Source: a virus (Duplodnaviria > Caudoviricetes). From it: DNA of 40,143 bases. The DNA lies in the IMG/VR virus record IMGVR_UViG_3300037484_000230, positions 1-40,143 of that record; one strand, 5' to 3'. Both the position numbers and the translations under genes were made by a program. Below are positions 16,783-26,624 of the stretch, piece by piece. Position 1 is the first letter of the stretch. The number at the start of each line of letters is the position of its first letter. Below the pieces are notes generated by a model that saw only the letters and a list, made by a program, of their open reading frames with translations, did no database searches and was not told the origin of the DNA.

Positions 16783-17062
16783 TTGGAGAGGGAATGCCGT
16801 TTTAGCCACAGTCTATGTTGAGGCGGCTATGAGGCATCTGCTGGCCTATCTTGATGGTGAAGCACTCGATCCTGAGAGCGGACAGCCCCATACAGCCCAT
16901 GTTGCGGCTTGTATGGGCATCCTGCTTGATGCAGAAGCGACTGGCAACCTTGATGATGACCGACCGACTCCTGGTGCTGCTGGTCGTTTGATTATGGAAA
17001 TGTCAGTTAAGAGGGAAGAACCAGCTATTGTTGCAACCCCCTTTGATGATTTGCCGTTCTGA
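16646..17062 (+). CDS. DUF5664-like dATP/dGTP diphosphohydrolase domain protein
   Basis: K..LSLVP, GAKKYG.YNWR, AMRHL, DPESG.PH.AH, DDR. Confidence 0.85.
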   Translation: MKEGLGVNPKDKLGLTKPRLSLVPPPLMIYVSKVMELGAKKYGPYNWRGNAVLATVYVEAAMRHLLAYLDGEALDPESGQPHTAHVAACMGILLDAEATGNLDDDRPTPGAAGRLIMEMSVKREEPAIVATPFDDLPF

Positions 17063-17211
17063 TGAACTGGATACTTCTGATTACGATTCCCCTCTACATA
17101 GGGGCGGGAATGTATGAATTTGTCTGGTCACATCGGCAGTTTGATGGTCTTTTGTACTTGACATTCGCCGCCAGTAATGCTATCATGCTGTTAAGGGGGA
17201 TTTATGGCTGA
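17062..17211 (+). CDS. 49-aa membrane micro-protein
   Basis: TGATG coupling; two hydrophobic stretches. Confidence 0.55.
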   Translation: MNWILLITIPLYIGAGMYEFVWSHRQFDGLLYLTFAASNAIMLLRGIYG

Positions 17212-17689
17212 CGAAACGAAACCTGTTGCTCGACAAACGACGGATCATCCTTGGGTTGCAGTAGACCTTGATGGATGCTTGATGGACGACCATCACTATC
17301 CGGCATTTGGTCCGCCCCGCCAAGGTGCTAGGAATGCCATGCTCTATTTGAAAAGTTTGGGACTTAAAATCATGGTCTTTACCGCTAGGACGCATGTATC
17401 GGGGCTGGATGGAAAGTTTCAGAATGTCAATAAGGTTGTGAATGATATCCATAATTGGGCCGAAGGACATGATATTCCCGTAGATTATGTGTGGCCCTAC
17501 TTGAAACCCGCATCAATCATTTGTTTCTTTGATGATCGTGGTATTCGGGTCGCTCCACCGGGCGAAGATAGCCAGGGAAAGGGTGATTTCGGTTGGTTTG
17601 ATGCACTGAACAGATTCAATCACGCGTATAAACATAAGATTAAGGATTGGTTGCGTGAAGTCACTCCAAAATCTTTTGAGGTAGAGTAG
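17204..17689 (+). CDS. Capless HAD-superfamily phosphatase
   Basis: VDLDG, FTAR, KP and DDR motifs I-IV. Confidence 0.85.
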   Translation: MADETKPVARQTTDHPWVAVDLDGCLMDDHHYPAFGPPRQGARNAMLYLKSLGLKIMVFTARTHVSGLDGKFQNVNKVVNDIHNWAEGHDIPVDYVWPYLKPASIICFFDDRGIRVAPPGEDSQGKGDFGWFDALNRFNHAYKHKIKDWLREVTPKSFEVE

Positions 17690-17691
17690 AA

Positions 17692-18180
17692 ATGAATGAT
17701 GCTGAATTGCTAGATGAATACCAAGCACTTCAAGAAGATTACCACGATTTACTCACTGAGGTTAGGGGGTTGAAGGAAAAGATGAGTAGCTTTCAATGCC
17801 AGGATTGCGATGCTAACATCATTGATACACCACGAGGCTATATTACTGGCTGTCAGCATCATCCTTTGAAGAAAGCCCAGGATAAAGAGACAAGGAACTC
17901 AATGGATATTGAAGATTTGATTTCTCGATTTAATTTTAAGAAAGTATATAAGATTATGGTTGTGTTAGATTGGTATTGGTATGGGTCTGAAGAGATTCCT
18001 ACTGTCGAGAACATGAAAAAGACGGTGCGTGAACTCTACCGATCTTTCAAAGATGATTCAGTCGAGCTTTCTGCTACCGGAGGATTTACTCTTTCAAAAA
18101 GAACAAGTGAAGAAGGGCACAACTACTTAGAACTTGAATTTATCCCGGCCTATGCGGATACGGAGTACCCAAATGGATGA
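17692..18180 (+). CDS. Hypothetical phage protein (possible second start at 17902)
   Basis: ORF in the operon; internal AAGGA-ATG. Confidence 0.65.
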   Translation: MNDAELLDEYQALQEDYHDLLTEVRGLKEKMSSFQCQDCDANIIDTPRGYITGCQHHPLKKAQDKETRNSMDIEDLISRFNFKKVYKIMVVLDWYWYGSEEIPTVENMKKTVRELYRSFKDDSVELSATGGFTLSKRTSEEGHNYLELEFIPAYADTEYPNG

Positions 18181-18472
18181 TTTAGAATTCTACCGTCAGG
18201 TCAATGAGATCGAGGCCCTGGTGAAGAAAATACATAGGGTCCTTATTGATACGCTGATTGACCATCTCCCTACAGGGCAGTCATTGGATTATCAAGGATC
18301 AGTCGTGCTTTCAGTCGCTCATAACTTTAACAAATCCATTGAAATGGTGTTAGGACAGATGGGAGTGGTTGATGCCCGATTCGTTGATGCAGAAACCGTT
18401 AAGAAAGCTGAAGAGGTTGTGAAATTAGAAAAAGAATTCTATACGTCGGAACCGACGAATGGTGCTTCATGA
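18173..18472 (+). CDS. Hypothetical protein
   Basis: GGAG SD; operon continuity. Confidence 0.65.
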   Translation: MDDLEFYRQVNEIEALVKKIHRVLIDTLIDHLPTGQSLDYQGSVVLSVAHNFNKSIEMVLGQMGVVDARFVDAETVKKAEEVVKLEKEFYTSEPTNGAS

Positions 18473-18555
18473 GTGATCTCCTTCTTCTGGTGGCTGGTAT
18501 TGGAATAGTCCTAGCCGTATTTGGATTGTTACTCTGGGATGAATTGCGGCGATGA
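18469..18555 (+). CDS. 28-aa membrane micro-protein
   Basis: ATGA overlaps on both sides; hydrophobic. Confidence 0.55.
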   Translation: MSDLLLLVAGIGIVLAVFGLLLWDELRR

Positions 18556-18995
18556 CTCAAGCGTTTAATCTTGGCATTATCGGACATGCGGCTGAGAAAT
18601 TTGACAAGCGGACAGAAACGCTGGCTCGACAAGAAATCAACAACGCCCTGATTCGATACAATCCGTCGTACGTGGTGTCTGGTCGATCTCCGATGGGTGG
18701 TGTTGATATCTGGGCAGAAGAGGCGGCGGCTGTATTAAGCATTCCAACGAAGATTTATGCCCCAGATGAACACACATGGAGCGGACTGAATGGATTTAAG
18801 GAACGAAATCTTCGGATTGCCAGTGCGTCAGACCTTGTGTTCGTGATTGTTGTTGCAAAATATCCGAAGAATTATCGAGGTATGAGATTTACAGGGTGCT
18901 ATCATTGTAAAGGAAGAAACCTAGAGCATGTGAAATCGGGGGCATGCTGGACCGCATGGAAATCTGGTGTGGGACAATGGAGGATTATCCAATGA
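18552..18995 (+). CDS. SLOG/YspA-like nucleotide-binding protein
   Basis: GIIG, VVSG..GGVD.WA and RN..I...D pattern. Confidence 0.7.
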   Translation: MTQAFNLGIIGHAAEKFDKRTETLARQEINNALIRYNPSYVVSGRSPMGGVDIWAEEAAAVLSIPTKIYAPDEHTWSGLNGFKERNLRIASASDLVFVIVVAKYPKNYRGMRFTGCYHCKGRNLEHVKSGACWTAWKSGVGQWRIIQ

Positions 18996-19153
18996 TTATG
19001 ATGGCGGAATGGTTTTATTATCTTGGCCTGTGTATTACAGGTCTTCTTGGATTTATTATTGGAGTTTCTTTAGGTCGTCATTTGAGGCAACGATCGGTAG
19101 ACACAATAACGAAAGAACAAATGCAACAGCATTATATTCGGATGACAAAGTAA
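18992..19153 (+). CDS. Single-TM small protein
   Basis: GGAGG SD, ATGA overlap, hydrophobic helix. Confidence 0.55.
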   Translation: MIMMAEWFYYLGLCITGLLGFIIGVSLGRHLRQRSVDTITKEQMQQHYIRMTK

Positions 19154-19423
19154 ATGAAAACATATCGACTTGTGGTGATAGATTGGGTCGATTCCTCCAG
19201 CACGGGTCAGGCATGGAGGCAGATTAGCTCTTTTGGTGAAGAGGCACGAAGTCCCCTCCAATGCCGGACTGTCGGATACATTATGGCAGAAACAAAGATT
19301 GCGGTGACTCTTGCGATGAATCTGGCGTATGAACCGGGGCACGCTCCGCACTCAGCGGGAAATGATATGACCATTCCCAAATGTTCTATTCTTAAAATAC
19401 GGCCAATCGCTCAAAAACGATGA
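19154..19423 (+). CDS. Hypothetical phage protein (WxDS...CxTVG...IP)
   Basis: Operon continuity; beta-barrel-like pattern. Confidence 0.65.
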   Translation: MKTYRLVVIDWVDSSSTGQAWRQISSFGEEARSPLQCRTVGYIMAETKIAVTLAMNLAYEPGHAPHSAGNDMTIPKCSILKIRPIAQKR

Positions 19424-19719
19424 AGCCGAAAGTGCTCAATAGGCGGAAACATCGGCTCCTATGCGACTGCAAAGACCGCTGTGCCAAAGCCGTCTATATT
19501 GGCAGGCCATCGAAGTGGGGGAATCCGTATGAGATTGGTCAGGATGGGGACCGGGATCACGTCCTCATGCGATATAAAGAGTATCTCAAGAAGCATCCCG
19601 AATTGATTGAAGCGGCCAAGCAGGAATTGAAAGGCAAATCGCTATTATGCTGGTGCAGCCCGCAAAAATGCCACGGAGACGTGTTGCTCACCGTGGCGAA
19701 TGAAGGAAAAGTAGAATGA
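19420..19719 (+). CDS. DUF4326-family protein
   Basis: YIGRPSKWGNPY...L.CWC.P..CHGDVL. Confidence 0.85.
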   Translation: MKPKVLNRRKHRLLCDCKDRCAKAVYIGRPSKWGNPYEIGQDGDRDHVLMRYKEYLKKHPELIEAAKQELKGKSLLCWCSPQKCHGDVLLTVANEGKVE

Positions 19720-19898
19720 AATATCTTTTGTTCCTCGTGGTCTTCCTTTCAGCTTGTACTCCGTCCCTTCTTCAATACCATCCTCAGTCACCTGTCAAAC
19801 GGTTCTATCACGAACTGGAAGACGCAAAACCACTGTATGAGCAGAGAATCAAGAAGACAGTGTTATTTTCTGCCGAACCGATCACCCATCCAGCTTGA
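19716..19898 (+). CDS. Small lipoprotein
   Basis: Signal peptide with lipobox LSAC. Confidence 0.6.
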   Translation: MKYLLFLVVFLSACTPSLLQYHPQSPVKRFYHELEDAKPLYEQRIKKTVLFSAEPITHPA

Positions 19899-20255
19899 CA
19901 CCACCGCTTCAAAGAACAATCGAGTACCATCGGTCAGAAAAATAACCGTATAGGCATCTAAGCCGATACTCACCAATCCGATCACGACGACAATCGGTCG
20001 AATAGCGGCCCGTAAGTCAATCACCCACCAGGACGGCTTCCCGATCACATCCCGGTTAAAGAAGTCCGTCTGAGCCTGCATCAGACTGGCGAGGGCATTC
20101 GTATACGCTGGAAGCACCTCGGGCTTGGTGGTTGCAAGAGAGCCCATCGTGCGTTCTGGGGTGTCTGATTCGCTCTTGATGAATTTCTTTTTCACAAAAT
20201 CGAACACGCCTGGCAGAATCAACCCCGCCAGTGAGACCGCGACATCAAGGATCAT
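19863..20255 (-). CDS. Holin-like membrane protein (3TM/GTA-holin type)
   Basis: GGAGG SD; IRP motif followed by TM helices and W.G.R; last gene of the late unit. Confidence 0.65.
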   Translation of the reverse strand: MILDVAVSLAGLILPGVFDFVKKKFIKSESDTPERTMGSLATTKPEVLPAYTNALASLMQAQTDFFNRDVIGKPSWWVIDLRAAIRPIVVVIGLVSIGLDAYTVIFLTDGTRLFFEAVVSSWMGDRFGRK

Positions 20256-20266
20256 ACAGCCCTCCG

Positions 20267-21490
20267 TTATTTTGGCCCAACACACAGCACATGATGGTCA
20301 TTATTTTCTAAAACCCCACCTGATCCTGTCAAGGTGTAGTTGACTTGAGTGGATGATGCAGTAATAATCCGCACGGTATTCACATTCCCTAAACTGGTCA
20401 CAAAGAATGAAGGAATATCAGAAAACGCCGTTGAAAAGGTGATCGTGAAGTTCCCTGTCGAGTTCCTCACGGAAGTAAAACCAGACCCCTCAATCACGGC
20501 TCCTGCCGAATCCACAATCCCACGGATCATCTTAAGCGTTTCACCACCCGTTCCAGGCTGTTTGAAGCCATTCGGGGCGTACACATATCCACCCGCTTCG
20601 ATATTCCCGGAATTCTGAATCACACCGGCTGCTGGTGCAGCCACATTCACTCCAAGGGAATTCGCTGTCGCTGCCGCACTCGCAGTCAATGCGCCTGTCA
20701 CACCAAGCGTTCCACCCACAGTGGCCGCTCCCGTCACATCAGCCGTTCCTGCGACTGTGAGATTGGTTCCCACACTCAGCGTCGTATCAATGACGGCGCT
20801 GCCATCGACATTTAATGTACTATCCAGATCAACAGCGCCAGTCACATGGAGCGTATCATCAACCGTGACCGCTCCTTCAAGTGTATTCGTGCCAGTAAAT
20901 GTGTTATTTGCTGCGAGACGAGGCACGATCCGAGGAATAGAATCATTGATCGGAGCCAGCAATCCCACAGAGGCCGTCTGAAGGTCCGTATCGAGCGTCC
21001 CAGAATCCAACAGAACAGTCACTAGTGTTGTTGTTGTATACGCTGAGGCTGTGACAGTCCCATAGACGGTCGTAGCTGTCCGAATGCACTTCACCCGACG
21101 ATTAACAAGGAAGGTCCCTGTCTGATCTCCTACGACCGTAAATGAGTTCGCAGAGATGTATGTGGCGGCTGTGCTGCTCACCCATTCAACGGTGGTATTG
21201 AGCACGACACCTGTGGTAGATTCAAAATCGACTTCATCTTCTGTCCATTGAAGGACATCCGTTGCATCATAGAGTTCGAGATCATACGTACCAGTGCCAA
21301 AGATTGTGGCCTCCCCATTGGAATCCAGGATGACCGGATTTGACAATGGTGTCGTGACATCGGCATCAGTGTAAAGTGACTTGGGGGTTGATGTCCCCAC
21401 TTCATAGCTATACAGCTTGCCTCCCACCAAGGGGAGATTCGTGGTATCAACAAATGCACGAAATTTGACATACGGAAGGGGGTAGCCCAT
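20267..21490 (-). CDS. Tail fibre/spike protein
   Basis: N-terminal GKLY.Y..GT.TPK..NPVILD..GEA anchor, Gly/Thr/Val beta-repeat shaft, C-terminal beta domain. Confidence 0.8.
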   Translation of the reverse strand: MGYPLPYVKFRAFVDTTNLPLVGGKLYSYEVGTSTPKSLYTDADVTTPLSNPVILDSNGEATIFGTGTYDLELYDATDVLQWTEDEVDFESTTGVVLNTTVEWVSSTAATYISANSFTVVGDQTGTFLVNRRVKCIRTATTVYGTVTASAYTTTTLVTVLLDSGTLDTDLQTASVGLLAPINDSIPRIVPRLAANNTFTGTNTLEGAVTVDDTLHVTGAVDLDSTLNVDGSAVIDTTLSVGTNLTVAGTADVTGAATVGGTLGVTGALTASAAATANSLGVNVAAPAAGVIQNSGNIEAGGYVYAPNGFKQPGTGGETLKMIRGIVDSAGAVIEGSGFTSVRNSTGNFTITFSTAFSDIPSFFVTSLGNVNTVRIITASSTQVNYTLTGSGGVLENNDHHVLCVGPK

Positions 21491-23010
21491 TATGGTAGCC
21501 TTTGCGGGTTAAAGTCAGACACAGGAGAAGGCACAGGGGGTTTTCGCTCCTGTGATCGGGCTCGTGCTGTTGAAAGAATAAAATTGATGAGCATGAGCTG
21601 TCCGGTTTGAGTCAAGAAGCCTTTCGGAGCCACGCTACGGATCATCTGGGCTCCACCAGGAAGAAGCATTGCAGTATTCACCATATCAATCGCATAGGGT
21701 CGAGAAGGTGCCACACCCTGCCCGGCGAATTCACCAAGACGAAGACCAATTTTATCTCCCACACGCACCGAAGCTAATGCAGAACTAATGGTTTGCTTCG
21801 CCCCAGCATCTAGTTCCTGAATACGGGAAATGGCTCCCCACGTCCGTTCCATAATCTCACGTTCAGATGAAGAGAATGTCTCCATGATGTACTTATTGTC
21901 AGGAGACACCAATTCCCTAGCCATTGCGTTCGCATTCACCCGGCGAATGGCTTTTCCCTCAGGAGTGGTTGAAATCTTTGAGTTCTTCAGTGCCGCGTCT
22001 GAAATGATATCCAACGCAGATTGACGCTGAGCCGCTGCATCCCCCCGCTGCATCAATTCACCAGAGGGGGACTGCATGGCTGCCAGGTCTTCCTTAAAGG
22101 CCCGGAGAACAGGAATCAGGTCTCCCCGCCGAGGATCACCCTTCGCCATGTTGTAGAGTGATTGGACTTGATTCTTGACGGATTTCCAATCAACTGGCTC
22201 CACCGCGCTTCCAGACGCTTTAAGTTTTTCACTCAGACCCGTTAAGTCTTGATAGACTTGCTCCATCCCCGTCGCATATCGTTCTGACTCTTGAATCGAC
22301 TGTGTGGACTTCATGCCCACTGTTTCAGTGCCAGTCAGTTTGGCTTTCGGTCCTGTTGTCGTGACGGACGTGGCTGTCTTTTCCGCATAGCTCTTGGGAA
22401 AGGTTTCAAGCAACCCGGCTTTCTGACGAATCGTAGGAGCGTGCTTCGTGAGAAAGGCTTCAAGAGCCTGAGCCACTCGTGGAGCATAGTACACTTCCGC
22501 ATTCTCAGCCGCCACCGCTTCAGCGGCTTGATAGTATTCCTTCGCTGTTTGATCGGGACGAAGAGCCGTCAACACCCGTTCATGGGCCGTTGATTCAGCT
22601 TCTCTGGCCTTCTCAACTCCAGGTTTCGTTGGGATTCTCTGACCTTTCATGCCGGGCGGAGCAGGGCCTTTAAGGGGGATTTGACGAAAATACCGTACTG
22701 CACTAATCGTAGGTAGAACCGCCAGGAGGTCATTAAATGCAGCCATCCCATACTGAAGACCAGTCGGGGGTAAACCCGCTGGAGAAGGAGTCATGGTTTC
22801 ATAGGTGCTAAACCCAGGCACCAGCATCCGTCCTGCGGCGGCTCCTGTTTCTTTAAGGGCCGGGACGAAAGATGCCGCAGCCCCACGGCCCAACGCCTGA
22901 AGCACGGTAGGACGCTGTTCGGGAGACGGAGCAGGAGTCCCTTCAACAGGAGCCTGTGGAAGTCCACGTTTCCGAGCGATGGCTGATGCCAGTTCTTCAG
23001 GAGATGCCAT
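21490..23010 (-). CDS. Probable internal virion/DNA ejection protein
   Basis: Ala-rich helical; third of three genes at the P22 ejection-protein position. Confidence 0.6.
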   Translation of the reverse strand: MASPEELASAIARKRGLPQAPVEGTPAPSPEQRPTVLQALGRGAAASFVPALKETGAAAGRMLVPGFSTYETMTPSPAGLPPTGLQYGMAAFNDLLAVLPTISAVRYFRQIPLKGPAPPGMKGQRIPTKPGVEKAREAESTAHERVLTALRPDQTAKEYYQAAEAVAAENAEVYYAPRVAQALEAFLTKHAPTIRQKAGLLETFPKSYAEKTATSVTTTGPKAKLTGTETVGMKSTQSIQESERYATGMEQVYQDLTGLSEKLKASGSAVEPVDWKSVKNQVQSLYNMAKGDPRRGDLIPVLRAFKEDLAAMQSPSGELMQRGDAAAQRQSALDIISDAALKNSKISTTPEGKAIRRVNANAMARELVSPDNKYIMETFSSSEREIMERTWGAISRIQELDAGAKQTISSALASVRVGDKIGLRLGEFAGQGVAPSRPYAIDMVNTAMLLPGGAQMIRSVAPKGFLTQTGQLMLINFILSTARARSQERKPPVPSPVSDFNPQRLP

Positions 23011-24572
23011 TACGGTGTCCTTTCGGCTTCTTCTGCTTGGAGCCGTTCCAAATCTTCAAGAGGAAGTGTGTCAAGCTGTTGTGCATTCAAGTAGGGCAAG
23101 ATCGTTGATGGCTTCTGCGGGGTTGCCAGGAGTGCTGCACTATTCCCACCCGTGAGCGAATCCATCTGTTTCATAATGCGATTCTTGGCTGCGGTATGAG
23201 CTTCCATACGAATCTTGGACCCTTTGTGCATCCCATTGATGGACCCCACAAAGGTCTTTGATGGCATACTGCCAGCCATCCAATCCTCAGTCACTTTGCG
23301 CTCTTCCACAGACCCAGGGGTACCACCACCCCCCATTGGGCCAGACAACAGAATCCGGTTGTATTCTCTCGCCATTTCTGTCGCAAGCACCACAAACCGG
23401 CCAACCGATTCGCTACCTTCTAAATTTTGTGCGGCATATTGCTGAAGTTCCCGAAGGGGCTGCGCCTGCACGGTTAAAGGCATATCATTGTATGCCTTCA
23501 TCACTTGGGGAAGCATCCCATCAAGTGTTTGAGACAAGTTATATGTCACATCAGACCACTTCTGTTGAAACTGAAGTGAACCGTACAGGGCTTGGGCTTG
23601 TCCACGAATGGTGTACTTGTCCATTTCAGTGAGCTTGACCCCACGCCGTTTACCAATTTCATCCAGCATCTTGGCTTCTTCTTCTTTGACAAGAGAGGCC
23701 AGTGCCATATTGCGAGACGAGGGCTCTTTACCCAGAAAGAGGGATTGAGCCGCCCACACTCGAAGTCCTTTTGTCCCCAATTCCCTCTTGGTCAGATCAA
23801 TCTCGGCTTCCCGTGTGCCTTCGGCCCTCGCATAGCCCTGAAACTTCTGATACTGCATGTGGGCTTTCTCACGAGTGATAGGCTTTCCAGCCGCTTCAGC
23901 ACGGGCCATAATGTCTTGAATCGTCTGTTCGGTGACTCCACCAAGTTTGGTAGCCCTAATATCACTTCGCAGTTCTTGAAGTGTCTTATCCGGTTGAGCC
24001 ACAGCCGTTGCAGCCAAGGTCAGGGCATCAGGAGATTTTGAATCATAGAGCCGAAGAATAGCTTTTGTATCCGCAGTAGACCGGCCTGCATCTGTCAATT
24101 CTTTCTCTAGTTCAGTTCTTTGCTGTTCCTCACGAAGAAACGTCCTTGTCTCAATCTGCGTTCTGGCTTGATTCATGGCCGCATTTTGAGCATTGATTTG
24201 GGCGTTCAGCATCGTCTGAACCCGCTCTGAGACGATAGGATTCATCTGAACACGAGGGTCTCTCGCCAACTGAGCCCAATCAATCTGCCCAGGGGCCGTA
24301 GGAGCCATTCCAAGGGCTCCAAGCACGTTGGACGGGCCAGGAGCCTGTCCAGGGGCCGCTGTAGGGGCTCCAGCAGGCGCTTTGGCCTGTTGGCTCTGTG
24401 CCATGAGGCTCTGAAAGAAATCCTGGGCTTCTTGACTTTCATTCAATTTCAGTTCAAGCAGTCGATTCCGTAACTTGAGTTCTCGCTGAGCGCCAGCGAA
24501 TTCAGCTCCGCCCATAAAGGCCCCGAGGAGATCGGGTTGTTCAAACCGCATTAAGCTGGTATCAATAGGCAT
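23010..24572 (-). CDS. Probable DNA ejection protein (gp20-like position)
   Basis: MPID..L N-terminus, Q/A-rich coiled coil, synteny. Confidence 0.62.
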   Translation of the reverse strand: MPIDTSLMRFEQPDLLGAFMGGAEFAGAQRELKLRNRLLELKLNESQEAQDFFQSLMAQSQQAKAPAGAPTAAPGQAPGPSNVLGALGMAPTAPGQIDWAQLARDPRVQMNPIVSERVQTMLNAQINAQNAAMNQARTQIETRTFLREEQQRTELEKELTDAGRSTADTKAILRLYDSKSPDALTLAATAVAQPDKTLQELRSDIRATKLGGVTEQTIQDIMARAEAAGKPITREKAHMQYQKFQGYARAEGTREAEIDLTKRELGTKGLRVWAAQSLFLGKEPSSRNMALASLVKEEEAKMLDEIGKRRGVKLTEMDKYTIRGQAQALYGSLQFQQKWSDVTYNLSQTLDGMLPQVMKAYNDMPLTVQAQPLRELQQYAAQNLEGSESVGRFVVLATEMAREYNRILLSGPMGGGGTPGSVEERKVTEDWMAGSMPSKTFVGSINGMHKGSKIRMEAHTAAKNRIMKQMDSLTGGNSAALLATPQKPSTILPYLNAQQLDTLPLEDLERLQAEEAERTP

Positions 24573-24575
24573 GAA

Positions 24576-25343
24576 TTACACCTTCATTGGTGGCATATTG
24601 GTCGAATAGGCCCCTGGTCCTGAGGTTGCTGTCATTCCCCCACCAAGCTGAGACCCGGCTGTGGCTCCCATTGGACCACCAAAATAAGCCCCTGCCGCTG
24701 TCCCGGCGAGTTTAAGAATTCCTCCCCACGGGTTAATTTGCCCACGAGCAAGAGCAAGATTGGAGAGGTCACTTCCGAGTTGTGCCCGCGACCCACCAAT
24801 TTGCTGGCCTGTGCCGAATTGCATCCCAGCTACTTGACCAGCCGCGTTTGCTCCTGTTCCATAAATCCCAGCAAGCTGATTATACAATTGCTGTTGGCCG
24901 CCCATCCTCTGCCCAAACAAGCCTTGTGTTTGCTGAAGATACCGATTAAACGCATCTTGATAAGATGTCGCCGCAAGACCTTGCTGAAATTGACCTAATC
25001 CTTGCACCGTCGCTGGAGCAAAGAAGTTCCCCCGTGCGGCTGAGGCTTGATTGATCCCCTGCTGCCCCTGTTGAAGTTGGAATTGATACCCAGGATCATT
25101 CATATAATCCTGGAAATTAAATCCAGTCATCGTTGGATCAATGCGTTCTCCTGCAACTTGCTGAAGCTGCGGAAGCACACCCTGAGCAGCCTGCTGATAC
25201 GGACTGAGTGTCGCCATTGCCTGAGCCAGGTAGTTTTGATACGCCTGCTGGCTGGCGGCTGACTGCTCACGAGTAATATCTTCAGCCCGTCCCAATGCGG
25301 CTTTTTGCTGATCCGTCCCTAGAATTGTTCCAAGAAGACCCAT
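24576..25343 (-). CDS. DNA ejection/pilot protein (gp7-like)
   Basis: PY..A, DPGYQF..QQG, SAARG; Gly/Gln-rich. Confidence 0.78.
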   Translation of the reverse strand: MGLLGTILGTDQQKAALGRAEDITREQSAASQQAYQNYLAQAMATLSPYQQAAQGVLPQLQQVAGERIDPTMTGFNFQDYMNDPGYQFQLQQGQQGINQASAARGNFFAPATVQGLGQFQQGLAATSYQDAFNRYLQQTQGLFGQRMGGQQQLYNQLAGIYGTGANAAGQVAGMQFGTGQQIGGSRAQLGSDLSNLALARGQINPWGGILKLAGTAAGAYFGGPMGATAGSQLGGGMTATSGPGAYSTNMPPMKV

Positions 25344-25361
25344 GTGTCCCTTCTTTCCTTG

Positions 25362-26624
25362 TTAAAGACCACGAAGAACAAGTGCATTGATTTGAAGAGT
25401 ACTTGTTGTAGCATTATTGGTTCCAGTCACGGCCTTACCAACAATAGTCAGAGTACCAGTTCCAGTAATATGTAAGATCGTTCTTCCCATAAACACTGTA
25501 GAACCAGAAGCGATCGGAGTAATTTTAACAATATTCCAATCTATAGTAGAGGCTTGACCCCCTGGAATCTGCCATACCCCAGTTGCGGTACCTGTACTTT
25601 GCGCTATGAGTGCATTGATGAATGTTGCCGTGCTAGCATTACAGATACAAGAAACAGAAATTTCTACTCTATCTCCATTTGTAACATTCATTGAAGTAAG
25701 TGTAATAAGGGTTGTTAAACTTGTTGTCCACGCTGTAGTTGAACTGCCGGACTGCTCATCAACTTTAAATGCTGCCAGAGCCAATGTTCCAGCTTGTGCT
25801 CCTGTAGATTGGTGCGTATGATCCACACTTTCTAACCGATATTGTGTATGGTCATCGTCAGTTAATCCCGTAAGAGACAACCCATGATCGAGTTGACCGG
25901 CCTGTAATCCGGTCGTTTGGTGGGAATGATCTGCACTCTCTAACCGATATCCGGTATGGGGGTCGGCAGCCGCCTCATGGTCAAAAGCCCAATTACTCGA
26001 AATGGGATCAGTTGTGGCTCCATTCACAGGCACATCATCGACATCAGTTGTTTCCACCACACTAGCCGGTAAATCTCCGCTCACCAAGGTATCCCAGACG
26101 GGGGCGGCTGAGGCAGCCCCATCACCTGTTTGACTCAGAAATTTCCGTGTCGTGGTCGTATTCCCTGCGAGACGGGTCCAGACCGCCGAAGCCCCAGCAT
26201 AGATGAGATCACCCAAGGCCGTCAGAATACTTCGGAGGGCGTACTGCGTGTGGTCATCATCAGTCAACCCAGAAAGCAGATCATGGTCCCGTGTTCCAAA
26301 GGCTCCAAGACTATTCTCTCTAGAGTGTTTATGGTCCAATCGAGCAACAGACAAAGACGAACCCTGCTGAGTCGTATCACCGGGCGCACTGGCGGCAGGA
26401 AACCCTGTCGTTGTATGGGCATCATTATCGTGAACTGTCACCCCAGATGAAGGCAGATCAGCCAATGAATCATAACTCACCGTTCCAGACCCATCAGCCC
26501 CATTATGTGTATGGCTTTTGGCGTGGTGTTGATTTGCTGTCACATTCTGGAGTTCGGCATGGTCGTCCGTTGTCGTATTCGGGTCTTGTTCAGGAATGCC
26601 GATAGTAACTGTTCGATGACTCAT
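25362..26624 (-). CDS. Fibre-like virion protein with His/Asp repeats
   Basis: Repeats GLTDDDHTQY x2, YRLES.DH.HQ.TG.QAG x2, HxH motifs, C-terminal beta-sandwich-like region. Confidence 0.7.
   Translation of the reverse strand: MSHRTVTIGIPEQDPNTTTDDHAELQNVTANQHHAKSHTHNGADGSGTVSYDSLADLPSSGVTVHDNDAHTTTGFPAASAPGDTTQQGSSLSVARLDHKHSRENSLGAFGTRDHDLLSGLTDDDHTQYALRSILTALGDLIYAGASAVWTRLAGNTTTTRKFLSQTGDGAASAAPVWDTLVSGDLPASVVETTDVDDVPVNGATTDPISSNWAFDHEAAADPHTGYRLESADHSHQTTGLQAGQLDHGLSLTGLTDDDHTQYRLESVDHTHQSTGAQAGTLALAAFKVDEQSGSSTTAWTTSLTTLITLTSMNVTNGDRVEISVSCICNASTATFINALIAQSTGTATGVWQIPGGQASTIDWNIVKITPIASGSTVFMGRTILHITGTGTLTIVGKAVTGTNNATTSTLQINALVLRGL

Noticed and set aside
13931-17062. 2-aminoadenine (Z) genome pathway suggested by MazG-like and DUF5664 genes
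   Set aside because: No PurZ/adenylosuccinate synthetase-like or HD dATPase ORF is recognisable.
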